DNA of 64,000 bases from Phycisphaerae bacterium (GTDB lineage Bacteria; Planctomycetota; Phycisphaerae; UBA1845; Fen-1342): positions 128,001-192,000 of the forward strand of contig CAXXWX010000026.1 in the NCBI GenBank assembly GCA_963675745.2. The letters run 5' to 3'. The first letter of the stretch is position 1; each line of letters starts with the position of its first letter. A model generated the notes under the pieces. The model saw only the letters and a list, made by a program, of their open reading frames with translations, did not search any database and was not told where the DNA came from. Of this stretch, positions 21,162 through 29,931 are shown in pieces. The position numbers were made by a program, and so were the translations under genes.

Positions 21162-21725
21162 TCACGTGTCGAGGGTTGCCGCCCGCGCCAGCCAGTCCTT
21201 GGCCTTCTGCCAGTCGCGGCGAACAGTCTTGACCTCGACACCCAGAATGTCAGCGATGTCGGCGTCTTTCAGGCCGGCGAAAAACCGCAGCCGCACCACC
21301 TCCGCGGCGCGTGCGTCGACGTGCTCGAGTTTGCCCAGAACGGCGTTGACATCGACCGCATCGAGCGCGCGCTCATCGACGGCGATCTGGGCGGGGTCAA
21401 TATCGGCTCTCTGCGCCTCCCCGCCGCGCTTCGCCGTGCGCCGCTTGCGGGCCGCATCGATCAGCACCTGGCCCATGGCTTGGGCGAAGGCCCCGAACAG
21501 ATGACGCCGGTTCGCCAGCGCCGCCTCGTGCCCGCCGAATACCTTGCAAAACGCCTCGTTTACCAGAGCCGTCGGCTGCAATGTGTGATCCTGGCGCTCG
21601 CGCGCCATCCGGGCGGCGGCCATGGCGCGCAACTCATCCACAACCAGCGACATGAGCTGGTCGAGCGCTCCCGACTCTCCTGTCCTGACCCCTTGCAGCA
21701 GTTTCGTGATCTCGGCGGGTTCCAT
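21162..21725 (-). CDS. ECF RNA polymerase sigma factor, TIGR02999/ECF43-like (kinase-associated type)
   Basis: Reads EITKLL...ALDQLMSLVVDELRAMAA...HTLQPTALVNEAF...AKRGG...AEVVRLRFFAGL...IADILGVEVKTVRRDWQKAKDWL. The start is placed at MEPAEIT; the upstream extension in the ORF track looks spurious. Confidence 0.93.
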   Translation of the reverse strand: MEPAEITKLLQGVRTGESGALDQLMSLVVDELRAMAAARMARERQDHTLQPTALVNEAFCKVFGGHEAALANRRHLFGAFAQAMGQVLIDAARKRRTAKRGGEAQRADIDPAQIAVDERALDAVDVNAVLGKLEHVDARAAEVVRLRFFAGLKDADIADILGVEVKTVRRDWQKAKDWLARAATLDT

Positions 21726-21835
21726 CTGCGGGCGCTCGCCCCATCTGCTTTTGTCGGATTTGATGTCCGCGCGCCTGTACAGCGCCCGCATGGTACTACG
21801 AGGACCGCAGGGTAGCCACAGAAGGAGGAACTTCA

Positions 21836-22090
21836 ATGCACGACCAGGCAACAGACCAGGCAACAGACCAGGCAACCGCACCGGCCCCGCGTGTTCGCAC
21901 GGAAACCGGCCGCTGGCTCACGCACGCCGCCCGGCTCGTCCGCGATCCGCGGGCTGAGCTTGTGAGGCTCGTCCGTGAACTGCGCAATCAAACCTCGTTG
22001 CCAAGCGCCAGACGCCACCGAAGGCGCCACGCGGCCGCCGGGTTTGGCGGGCGTGACGCCAAGACACGTTTTGCCGAAGCAGAAGACTGA
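21836..22090 (+). CDS. Small hypothetical protein (84 aa) divergent from the ECF gene
   Basis: AAGGAGG at 21822-21828 lies 7 nt before the ATG. The protein has an N-terminal DQAT x3 repeat and a helical-looking basic core. Confidence 0.5.
   Translation: MHDQATDQATDQATAPAPRVRTETGRWLTHAARLVRDPRAELVRLVRELRNQTSLPSARRHRRRHAAAGFGGRDAKTRFAEAED
21842..21876 (+). repeat. 12-bp tandem repeat GACCAGGCAACA, about 3 copies
   Basis: GACCAGGCAACA GACCAGGCAACA GACCAGGCAAC is read directly and is in frame within the small ORF. Confidence 0.9.
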
Positions 22091-22183
22091 ACAGAGGACG
22101 CGCGGGCGCCGGTCAGATTCTCCCGGACCATCATAGACCGCCGCAGGCAAAACGTGCGGAACGGAATGACGATCGTACGCGCC

Positions 22184-22663
22184 CTAGTCGATTGCCGGCT
22201 CGAGCGGCTCACCACCGTCCGGCGTTGCCCAGGCCGGCGGCTCGTCGTCCGGCCCGGTTGTCTCGTGGTTCTGGAGATCCAGGGTCGCGACAATGCGGGA
22301 AGTGTCGCGCTGCACGAACCACACCTTCTGTCCCGTCTCGTCCCGGCGCGCCTCCACATTCTCAAATCGACATTGTCCGCGCGGAACGCCAAACTTGAGC
22401 TCAACTGTCTTCACAGCCTGCTCGAAACGGAGTTGCTGGCGCGGCCTGACCACCACGCGAAGTTGTTCGCACTCGCGATCCGGTTCTCCAGCCTCATGTT
22501 CCTGCAGTCGGTCGCAGGTCAGTTCAATCTCGCGGCACTCGTCGAGTCCCGCGCTGCACAATGTCTGCATGCGGACTCGCGTGGACGAAGTCCGCGACGA
22601 TGAGCAGCCGACACTTACGACTACCAATGCCGCTACCAGCCCAACCTTGCCGTACCAAGCCAT
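22184..22663 (-). CDS. Hypothetical lipoprotein
   Basis: MAWYGKVGLVAALVVVSVGC is a lipobox-type signal. A coherent globular sequence follows, ending in TTGPDDEPPAWA. Confidence 0.75.
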   Translation of the reverse strand: MAWYGKVGLVAALVVVSVGCSSSRTSSTRVRMQTLCSAGLDECREIELTCDRLQEHEAGEPDRECEQLRVVVRPRQQLRFEQAVKTVELKFGVPRGQCRFENVEARRDETGQKVWFVQRDTSRIVATLDLQNHETTGPDDEPPAWATPDGGEPLEPAID

Positions 22664-22821
22664 AAGCTGAATCATTGTCTATCTCCCAGCCTGAGCACAC
22701 AATTACTCGAATACCACGCCGACGCCCCGTGTTTCGCGCGTCCGGCTCAGATCGGCAGCTCCGCCACACGCCGGCGATACGCCTCTACCCCGGTTGCAAA
22801 CAATGCCTGCGGTGAACATGG

Positions 22822-24654
22822 TCACCGCATTCGCCTGGCGGCAATCGAGCCGCTTGGGCGATGGACTACCGCCCCTGTCACGCGCCCGCTCTCGTCATAG
22901 CTGATCTCGATCTTCGAGCGCCCCTGGCCGATGATCTGCAAGAGAGTCGTGCTGTAGGGCGCCATCTCGCGCTCCGGCTCGCCGGGCACCTGCACGATCA
23001 ACTTGGGGCCGTCTCGCAATTCCACGTTGATAATGACGCCTTGGAATTCATACTGCCCGGCAATCGTGCGGAGGAACTCAGGGTTGTTACGCAGCGCTTC
23101 ATCAAACACACGGGCGAACACGATGTCGTCAATCCCGCGTCCTTCCACTTCGGGCTGAAGCTCGATCTCGACGCTTTCAATCTCGCCGAACATGCTGACC
23201 GGAAAGCGGACAGGCAGGTTGTCGAATTCTGCAACTTCGTGCTTCGTGAGGAAGATGTTGTATCTAACGTGCTCGAGTGGCGCGGCTGTCTCGCCATTGA
23301 AGATGACGCTCAGCGAACCCCCTTCGACCTTCACCGCTACACGGCCATACGCCGGGTGTTCGTACACACCGGCCAGGTCCTTAAGTTGATGCGTGGGCCC
23401 GGCGGCATGATCGCTACCGGCGTCAACCCGAGTCTGCGCGCCCGCTTCATCGCTACTCTCATCTGTTGAGGGCAAGACACGGGCTGTCCAATCATCGCCA
23501 AGGTCCAGCAACCTGTGGTAGACATGGTAGTTGAGCCAGAGTGGCAGCAACTGGTGCCCTCTGTTGCTCAGCACGACCACGCCAATGTTGTCGCGGGGCA
23601 TGATGCTCACCCATGACACAAAACCATCAATCCAGCCGCCATGGTGTACAAGGTAATGGCCGCGATACGGCCGAATGGTCCAGCCCAGGCCATAGGCCTC
23701 CATCGGCCCGGAGGCGTCCTCGGGTGTGTATCGAATGGGCATCTGCGGCGTGTGCATTTCCCTCAGGACGGCGGGCGAGACGAGTTGGCGACCGTCTATC
23801 CGACCCTGATTCAAATACAGTTTCAGCCACTCGGCCATCTCCTCGGCGCTGGAGATGATCCCGCCGGCGGGAGCGGCCACGGATCTTGTGGGGAAAGGCA
23901 CGACGGCCACCTCGCCGTGCTTCTTCTCGTACGGGATGGCGACGTCATCCAGCTCGCTGACGTGTCTGCCGCGAAACGTGCTGCGCTTCATGCCCAGCGG
24001 CTTGAAGACCCGCTCGGAGATGAACTCTTCCCAGGTCCCGCCGGCGACCTTTCCCACCAGGTACCCGGAAGTCATGTACATCAGGTTGTTGTACTGGTAA
24101 ACCTCGCGGAGCTCCGCCGTGGGTTCCAGATACCTCAAACGCCGGTAGATCTCCTCTCGGCTGAAGGGCGTGGCGGCTATCATCATGTAGTGGCCGGGAA
24201 GGCCGCTGCGGTGCGCGAGCAGGTCGCGCGGCGTGGCGTGCAGCGTGGCATACTCGGCGTACAGGCGGAAATCCGGAAGATACTCGACCACCGGCGTGTC
24301 CCAGTCCAGCTTGCCCTCATCGACGAGCATTCCGACCGACAGCGCGGTGAACGGCTTTGAGACGGAGCCTATCGCGAAGAGTGTCTGGGGCGTAACCGGC
24401 AGGCCTTTCTCGACATCTCTGACGCCGAATCCCTCCGTGTAGATGACCTCGCCGTCTCTGACGACGGCCACAGCCATTCCCGGCACCTCCCACTGGTCCA
24501 TCAACTTCTCGACATGCTTGTCAAACCCGTCGAATGCCCCAGGCAGAGCAGGCGCCGGCCCGGGGCGATCCTGGGCCTCACCAGTAACCGCGCTCGCGAT
24601 GGACAGGCATACCGCGACCAGGCAAACAACCAGCGGCATTCGTCGCATGCACAT
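22822..24654 (-). CDS. Secreted serine hydrolase (class C beta-lactamase/peptidase S12 family) with a DUF3471-like C-terminal domain
   Basis: It has a signal peptide, SxxK (GSVSK), YxN (YNN), HGG and LAHRSGL. The C-terminal domain starts at GVYEHPAYG. Confidence 0.9.
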   Translation of the reverse strand: MCMRRMPLVVCLVAVCLSIASAVTGEAQDRPGPAPALPGAFDGFDKHVEKLMDQWEVPGMAVAVVRDGEVIYTEGFGVRDVEKGLPVTPQTLFAIGSVSKPFTALSVGMLVDEGKLDWDTPVVEYLPDFRLYAEYATLHATPRDLLAHRSGLPGHYMMIAATPFSREEIYRRLRYLEPTAELREVYQYNNLMYMTSGYLVGKVAGGTWEEFISERVFKPLGMKRSTFRGRHVSELDDVAIPYEKKHGEVAVVPFPTRSVAAPAGGIISSAEEMAEWLKLYLNQGRIDGRQLVSPAVLREMHTPQMPIRYTPEDASGPMEAYGLGWTIRPYRGHYLVHHGGWIDGFVSWVSIMPRDNIGVVVLSNRGHQLLPLWLNYHVYHRLLDLGDDWTARVLPSTDESSDEAGAQTRVDAGSDHAAGPTHQLKDLAGVYEHPAYGRVAVKVEGGSLSVIFNGETAAPLEHVRYNIFLTKHEVAEFDNLPVRFPVSMFGEIESVEIELQPEVEGRGIDDIVFARVFDEALRNNPEFLRTIAGQYEFQGVIINVELRDGPKLIVQVPGEPEREMAPYSTTLLQIIGQGRSKIEISYDESGRVTGAVVHRPSGSIAARRMR

Positions 24655-24702
24655 CTCGTACTCCTTATGTCTGCGCTCGTATCCGGCCTGAACGCCCCGG
24701 CC

Positions 24703-25668
24703 TCAACCGGGATGACGCCCTCTGCGTCGGCGACGCCATCCGAAGAAGTGGCCGAGGTTCTCCAGCTCCTCTTCTGCAATCACATATGCGATCTTGATCG
24801 CACGGCGGTCCATACGTGCCTCTGGCCCCAGACTGTCCCAAACGCGCGGCGACAGCAGTATCGGCTTGCGTTGTCCACGTGTTCCCAGCAATTCTGAGCC
24901 ACGAGTCACGACGCGGGTCTTGATGCAATACCGGTCGGCCGGAAACAGGACCGAGAGATCCGCGGCGATGTTGCTCGCCATCGGGTCATCGAACTCGCAG
25001 AGCGTCAAAGTCAGGCGCTTGCCGGAAGGGACAATGGTGCGGCGATCTGATGGGAGCTGCGGGTCCGGGTGAATCGCCACGAACCGAATCTCCTGCAAGC
25101 GGTGCGGCCATCGGCGTCGCACTTCGTTGTGATGAAAATACGTTGCCACGATCGGCCCGGGTGGCGGTTCACCCGAACGCGACAAGCACCACGGCCTGGC
25201 TTCCACGTCCCAGTGTTCCTCGATTTCGCGAACGTGGTCGTCGCACTGCGTCTCACTGCACTCAACGACGTGAACAACGCCGGATGTGCCGGCGTGCGCC
25301 GGCGACCAGTTGGCAAGCAAGCGCACGAGATCGTGCCGCTCAAGGCCGTGCTGCGCGCGTCCTTCGCTGAGAATGCGTTCCAGAAAGGCATCCAGCGCGC
25401 TATGCGTCCTGCGGCGTGCCGCGCGGCCCGGCGTGCCGCACACACGCGTTCCCTTTGACCCTCGGATTTCCACCAGGCCGCGCTCCGCCAGCTCCGCGTA
25501 GGCCCGCCGCACCGTGTGCATGTTCACATCCCAGGCCTTGGCAGCGTCGCGTACGGCGGGGAGTCGGTGTCCCGGAGGAATCCGCCCGGTGGCGACCTGA
25601 TAGCTCAGCGCCTCCGCGATCTGGTGATACAGGGGCACCGGGCTGTTGGGGTCCAAGCTCAGCTTCAT
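24703..25668 (-). CDS. GntR-family regulator (YtrA-like winged HTH) with a long C-terminal domain
   Basis: Reads PVPLYHQIAEAL...LPAVRDAAKAWDVNMHTVRRAYAELAERGLVEIRGSKGTRV. The start at MKLSLDP is supported by the promoter position. Confidence 0.9.
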   Translation of the reverse strand: MKLSLDPNSPVPLYHQIAEALSYQVATGRIPPGHRLPAVRDAAKAWDVNMHTVRRAYAELAERGLVEIRGSKGTRVCGTPGRAARRRTHSALDAFLERILSEGRAQHGLERHDLVRLLANWSPAHAGTSGVVHVVECSETQCDDHVREIEEHWDVEARPWCLSRSGEPPPGPIVATYFHHNEVRRRWPHRLQEIRFVAIHPDPQLPSDRRTIVPSGKRLTLTLCEFDDPMASNIAADLSVLFPADRYCIKTRVVTRGSELLGTRGQRKPILLSPRVWDSLGPEARMDRRAIKIAYVIAEEELENLGHFFGWRRRRRGRHPG

Positions 25669-25703
25669 GAACGTATGATATAGAACATTAGAACGATGAG
25701 CAA
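25669..25703 (-). promoter_or_regulatory. Sigma70-type promoter giving a leaderless GntR mRNA, with GTTCTA direct repeats in the spacer
   Basis: The arrangement is TTGCTC-17 nt-TATCAT-6 nt-ATG with no SD. TAGAAC occurs on the plus strand at 25681 and 25689. Confidence 0.65.
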
Positions 25704-26035
25704 GCCCCGCCCCCAGCAATTCCCGCCCTTTCTCGCCGACGCTGAAGGCGGCCCGGCACTCGGCTTTGAGCTGCGGTGATCCACCGCCGCAGCAGCCCGC
25801 GACACTCTGCGGCGCATCTGCAAAGACGTGCCGCAGCGCGGATTCTTCGCGCTGCGGCCGTGACGCGGAAGTGGGATTCCCGGTTAACTGTGACAAGTGG
25901 TAGGATAGAGGATCAGGACGCGGGGCGAGCAGCACAGAGTCCGGTGCATATCCGCCACGCCGGGCGGTAGTGGCTGATGCGGCAATCCGCCACGCCGCGC
26001 CCGGCTTCCGGCGGGCTTCGCCCGCAAATGGCGGA

Positions 26036-28471
26036 CTACTGCGAACTCAGCAGGTTGACAAACGCATCGATATCGCCGTTGTTCACCCAGCCATCGTCAT
26101 TGATGTCGCCGAGCGCAATGTCGCAGCCCGGATACTCGTTGGCGTACTGCTCGGGGAATGACAGGGCGAGGACAAAGGCGTCGATATCACCGTTGTTGAC
26201 CCAGCCGTCGCAGTTCAGGTCACCCAGAGCCTGCTCCCCGCCCTCAACCACGACCAGCGTCACGGCGGATGTCCCGTAGTCAACGTTCCACTGAAGACCA
26301 GCGTCCAAGGTTGGCAGAGACAGCGTATCGAACTGACCAAAGCGGCTGCCGTAGGTCAGAATCGTGAAGCTGTCGCCCGGGCTGGGCTCGAAGCCGTTGA
26401 TCAGCTCGACCGTCAGCTCACCGCCCAGGCCGACCGCCGCACTGTGGTTGATCTGGTCGTGTTCGGTACCCGCGGTCAGGCCCGCGATCTCGATGATGAG
26501 CTCGCCGGCGTAGTCGACGCTCCCGCGGCTCACGGCGGTGGGGCCGGCATATCCAGGGGCATCGGTGCCGGAGACAGTCACGTGGTCCAGCGTGCCAAGC
26601 CCCGTGACGTATCCGGTCAACTCGATCTGTTCGCCGGCGGAATTCCCGATGATGGAGCCGTCATTGAGCAGCGATTTCGTCGGATCGTTGGGCGTGTCGA
26701 TGACACCGAAGCCGGAGGCGTGCAGGCTTGACGTAATGCCAAAGCCGCCCGGCACGGTCAGCGTACCGCCAGCGATGTTCGTGGAGCCGTAGACGAAAAG
26801 CAGCCCTTGCTTGTTCAGAGTCACATGGTGAGGACCAACGTCGAGCGTACCGCCGATCTGGACTCCGCTGCTATGGCCGATGTCGCCGACCACAAGATCG
26901 CCGGTGGCGGTGACTGAGCCGGTCGTCAGAAATTTGCCGTTGACTATGCCGAAATCGTGGAGGTTTGCATCCTGCAGGTTGAAGAGGTCGGCGTTGATCG
27001 TGCCGCCGCCGATAGTCAATGCGAGTACGTTCTGGACCGTGACCTCCTCGCCCACGGTGACTGTCGTGCCGGGTTGCAGCGACAGGGCGTGAATGTGACC
27101 GTCGCCGTGGCCACTGGCGCCGACCAGAAGCGATCCTGGCATGGACCAGCTCGAGCCAGCATCGTACAGAGCGACGGGTGTCGAGGCGTCGCCGATGATC
27201 GCCCCGTTCAGTGAGCCGCCGCCGGCAATGTCGAGCGGTCCGCCGGACAAATCCAGCGCCCCCGGGTCCAGCACGGTGACATCGCCCGTGATGTTGAGAT
27301 AGGCCGCATCGACCTGGCCGGCGCTGATCTCCATCGAGCCTGCGCAATCCACGGCGTCCGAGGTGATGAGCCCACCGTCGGCGGTAAGCTCAGCGCCGTC
27401 GAAGATGTTCAACGTGGTGCTGTCGAGCGTCCCGCCGGACACCGCGACATAACCGCCGTCCCTGATGTCCAGGTTGTTCATCTGAACCGCCCCATCGTAA
27501 ACGACGATCGCTCCGGGGTCCCAGACAGTTGTGTCCTGTGCCACCTGGAACTGGCCGGCGTAGATGGTGACGATCGCGCCTCCGCCTGCGCCGGCGTCGG
27601 TTCCGCCTACATACAGGTCTCCCTGGGTTTGCCAGTCAGCCGAGTAGATTGAACTGGGCATCAGATACACGTGAGCGGTGGCGCCCGGCTCCGACGCCAG
27701 GTAGCAGTCGCCGTTGTTGGCGAGCGTGCCATACACGTGAATGGTGCCGCTTCCGGCATCGCCGACCTGCAAAAGGCCGTTGTTTGTCCAGGTCCCCTTG
27801 ATTTCAGCCGTGCCGACCGCGCCGGCGACTACGCCCAACGTCGCTGAGCTGTTGATCAGCTCGGCCGTGTCGCGGATGTTCAACTCTCCAGTACCGGCGG
27901 ACCCGACTAAGGTGGGGTAGGCACTTGTCCACGTAACCGGCCCGGTGTCACTGCGTCCAAACTCGAGACGCCCGTCACTGCCGACGGTTTGACCGATGAC
28001 CAGCATTCCGTCCGCGTTGACGGTTCCCGGCGGCGCGCAGTGAGACTCCCATCCCCCGCTCAGGCTCAGAGCCGCCGGCACGCCGGGAGTGACTCCGATT
28101 ATCGCGGCAGTCCTCAGGAAGGTCCCCGAGCCGAGCAGCTCATACGTGACCGGTTCGTCGCACGGGTCCACTGTCTGCACGGCCATGAAAAACTCGACGC
28201 TGCCGGCGTTCACTTTCAGCAACTTGTTCGTAATGACCGGCTGCGCGAGATACAGGTCGAAGTAATCATCCTGATCGAAAACGGCAATGTCTGAACTTCC
28301 CGGTGGCCCGCCGCTCGGCGTCCAGTTTTGCGGTTGGCTGAACCAGGCTTCACCTTCGTATTGGCTCGGGCCGCAATAGTGGTATTCGTCCGCGTCCGCC
28401 GGTTGCAGGCACGCAACCGGAACCAGGCCCACGGCGACGAAGCGAAGCAGAAACGCTGCATTTGTCCTCAT
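26036..28471 (-). CDS. Secreted beta-helix/autotransporter-repeat-like protein with a C-terminal dockerin-like tag
   Basis: It has a signal peptide, W..P.NW..G.P, Gly-rich VG..G.G.L repeats and LGGELTVELINGFEPSPGDSFTIL. The C-terminus has two GD.N.DGWVNNGDIDAFV units. Alternative starts are 28477 and 28486. Confidence 0.8.
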   Translation of the reverse strand: MRTNAAFLLRFVAVGLVPVACLQPADADEYHYCGPSQYEGEAWFSQPQNWTPSGGPPGSSDIAVFDQDDYFDLYLAQPVITNKLLKVNAGSVEFFMAVQTVDPCDEPVTYELLGSGTFLRTAAIIGVTPGVPAALSLSGGWESHCAPPGTVNADGMLVIGQTVGSDGRLEFGRSDTGPVTWTSAYPTLVGSAGTGELNIRDTAELINSSATLGVVAGAVGTAEIKGTWTNNGLLQVGDAGSGTIHVYGTLANNGDCYLASEPGATAHVYLMPSSIYSADWQTQGDLYVGGTDAGAGGGAIVTIYAGQFQVAQDTTVWDPGAIVVYDGAVQMNNLDIRDGGYVAVSGGTLDSTTLNIFDGAELTADGGLITSDAVDCAGSMEISAGQVDAAYLNITGDVTVLDPGALDLSGGPLDIAGGGSLNGAIIGDASTPVALYDAGSSWSMPGSLLVGASGHGDGHIHALSLQPGTTVTVGEEVTVQNVLALTIGGGTINADLFNLQDANLHDFGIVNGKFLTTGSVTATGDLVVGDIGHSSGVQIGGTLDVGPHHVTLNKQGLLFVYGSTNIAGGTLTVPGGFGITSSLHASGFGVIDTPNDPTKSLLNDGSIIGNSAGEQIELTGYVTGLGTLDHVTVSGTDAPGYAGPTAVSRGSVDYAGELIIEIAGLTAGTEHDQINHSAAVGLGGELTVELINGFEPSPGDSFTILTYGSRFGQFDTLSLPTLDAGLQWNVDYGTSAVTLVVVEGGEQALGDLNCDGWVNNGDIDAFVLALSFPEQYANEYPGCDIALGDINDDGWVNNGDIDAFVNLLSSQ

Positions 28472-28576
28472 GAACATCCCTTTCATTCTCCGGCCTCAGT
28501 TCTTCTTTCTTGCTGCCGCAATCAGGGCCAAAGCGGCCCTGTCCGGTTACACCCAAAGGCCAAGCTCCCTGGGGTC

Positions 28577-28624
28577 CACAAGAGAGTTCGAACGAGACGG
28601 CGAAATCGGCCGCCAGGAGGGGAA
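28577..28624 (-). promoter_or_regulatory. Conserved upstream motif, copy 1 (shared with 37246-37293)
   Basis: A 17-bp exact match (CACAAGAGAGTTCGAAC) and 38/48 ungapped identity with copy 2. It lies about 90-105 nt upstream of a signal-peptide gene. Confidence 0.65.
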
Positions 28625-28741
28625 TTGTTTTCCAAATTTGTGACCAGACCGGCCAAGGACCACGGCGCGTGCAGGATAACTCGATCGCGTTCGTGGCGGC
28701 GGAGAGTGTTGGGTCGGGCACAGGTAAGAAAGGTGCGCGGG

Positions 28742-29566
28742 CTAGGGCTCCGCGGCAGGTCGCGCGCCGGCCTGCATGAAACGCGGTCCTTCCTGATATA
28801 CGAGTGGCGCGACGTACTCCTTAATGAACCTCCGGTTTACGACGTCGGTGTGGCCCCCCGCATGACCGGCGCGTTCGAACTCCGGCACCCAGGCGATGTT
28901 TACGACCTTGGCGTACAGCCGGCGGGTCGTGGCGTTGGCGTTCAGCGGCAGACGAAAGCCTGTCACCCCGGCCGCTTTCCCGCCCACCAACTTCCGGTCG
29001 GCGGTACCTGCCAGCGGCATCAGGAATCGTAGAACCGTGTCCCGGCTTGACGTGAAAACGTACATCCTGTTTCGGACGCGCCTCAGGGCCCTGGTCAAGT
29101 CATAGTCAGCGTTCAATGAAGAACCAAGCAGAATGGCGTTGTCGACGGCGTGATCCGCACGCAGCTCTTCGAGCGCAAAGACCACGATGGCCGTGCCCGC
29201 GGACAAGCCCACAAGATTGACGGCCTCATCAGGATTCGCCTCCTGATACTCCCGAATCGCATGCGCCAACGCGCGTGCCTTTGCGCGTTTCACACCAACC
29301 GGCGTCACCTGGTCAACGGCCGCGCCGGCGCCCACCTGCCAACGGTAGTTGATGAAATCTCCCTGGAAGCCCGCCGCCTTCAGCCCGTCGCGCACGCCAT
29401 TGCCCCAGTTCGTCAACCCCCCACCGCCACCCGCACCGTCCACGTAATACACACGCCCGTCTCGCCCGGCGGGGCCAAACTCAACGGTGTGATGAAGCGT
29501 GCACCCGGCGGACAGAGCCAACACGCCCGGAATCAGCAAGGCAGATAACTCAGATCGTAGCCGCAT
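28742..29566 (-). CDS. Alpha/beta-hydrolase-fold lipoprotein
   Basis: It has an LSAGC lipobox, the nucleophile elbow VGLSAG, FTSSRD and a C-terminal GHAGGHT. Confidence 0.8.
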   Translation of the reverse strand: MRLRSELSALLIPGVLALSAGCTLHHTVEFGPAGRDGRVYYVDGAGGGGGLTNWGNGVRDGLKAAGFQGDFINYRWQVGAGAAVDQVTPVGVKRAKARALAHAIREYQEANPDEAVNLVGLSAGTAIVVFALEELRADHAVDNAILLGSSLNADYDLTRALRRVRNRMYVFTSSRDTVLRFLMPLAGTADRKLVGGKAAGVTGFRLPLNANATTRRLYAKVVNIAWVPEFERAGHAGGHTDVVNRRFIKEYVAPLVYQEGPRFMQAGARPAAEP

Positions 29567-29676
29567 CCCTTAAGCTCCCGAGGCCATCACGACCAGCCGA
29601 CACACTATCTCGGCTGTGCAATGCACGACCACCCCGGCGGTGGAGGCGCCCTCAGAAATGCCCAAATGGGCCGAGC

Positions 29677-29898
29677 CTAGCCTCCAGTGGGCTTAGCCGT
29701 ACGCTTGCGGACTATTTTCCCGCCGACCAACACGCCGACCACAAACCCAATCGCCAGCGTGACAAACAGCAGCACGGCCCGCGGCATCTCCACGGTGACA
29801 AACAGCAGCCTGGTTTCGACGGACTGCGTGTTCTGCATGACCACGACAATGGCCAGGATCACGACGATGGCTATGGCAACGAGTTTCCAGTGTGACAT
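29677..29898 (-). CDS. Small membrane protein, LapA/DUF1049-like
   Basis: Pattern: TM-QNTQSVETRLLF..EMPRAVLLF-TM, then a basic tail. Confidence 0.8.
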   Translation of the reverse strand: MSHWKLVAIAIVVILAIVVVMQNTQSVETRLLFVTVEMPRAVLLFVTLAIGFVVGVLVGGKIVRKRTAKPTGG

Positions 29899-29931
29899 GT
29901 CGATCGCTCCTGAGGCTCCATCCGCTCAAAG

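Noticed and set aside
20558..21165. ORFs 20558..20839 and 20863..21165 as anti-sigma candidates
   Set aside because: They have non-ATG starts, no TM or zinc motif and junk-like composition. The 31-aa ORF has the better SD.
9483..21725. Type III-E CRISPR Craspase locus (Csx29 / CASP-sigma)
   Set aside because: There is no Cas7-11, Csx30/31 or array in the window, and the CHAT proteins look exported. The resemblance is only an analogy.
25669..25935. N-terminal extension of the GntR ORF
   Set aside because: It runs through the promoter, and the HTH starts right after the Met at 25668.
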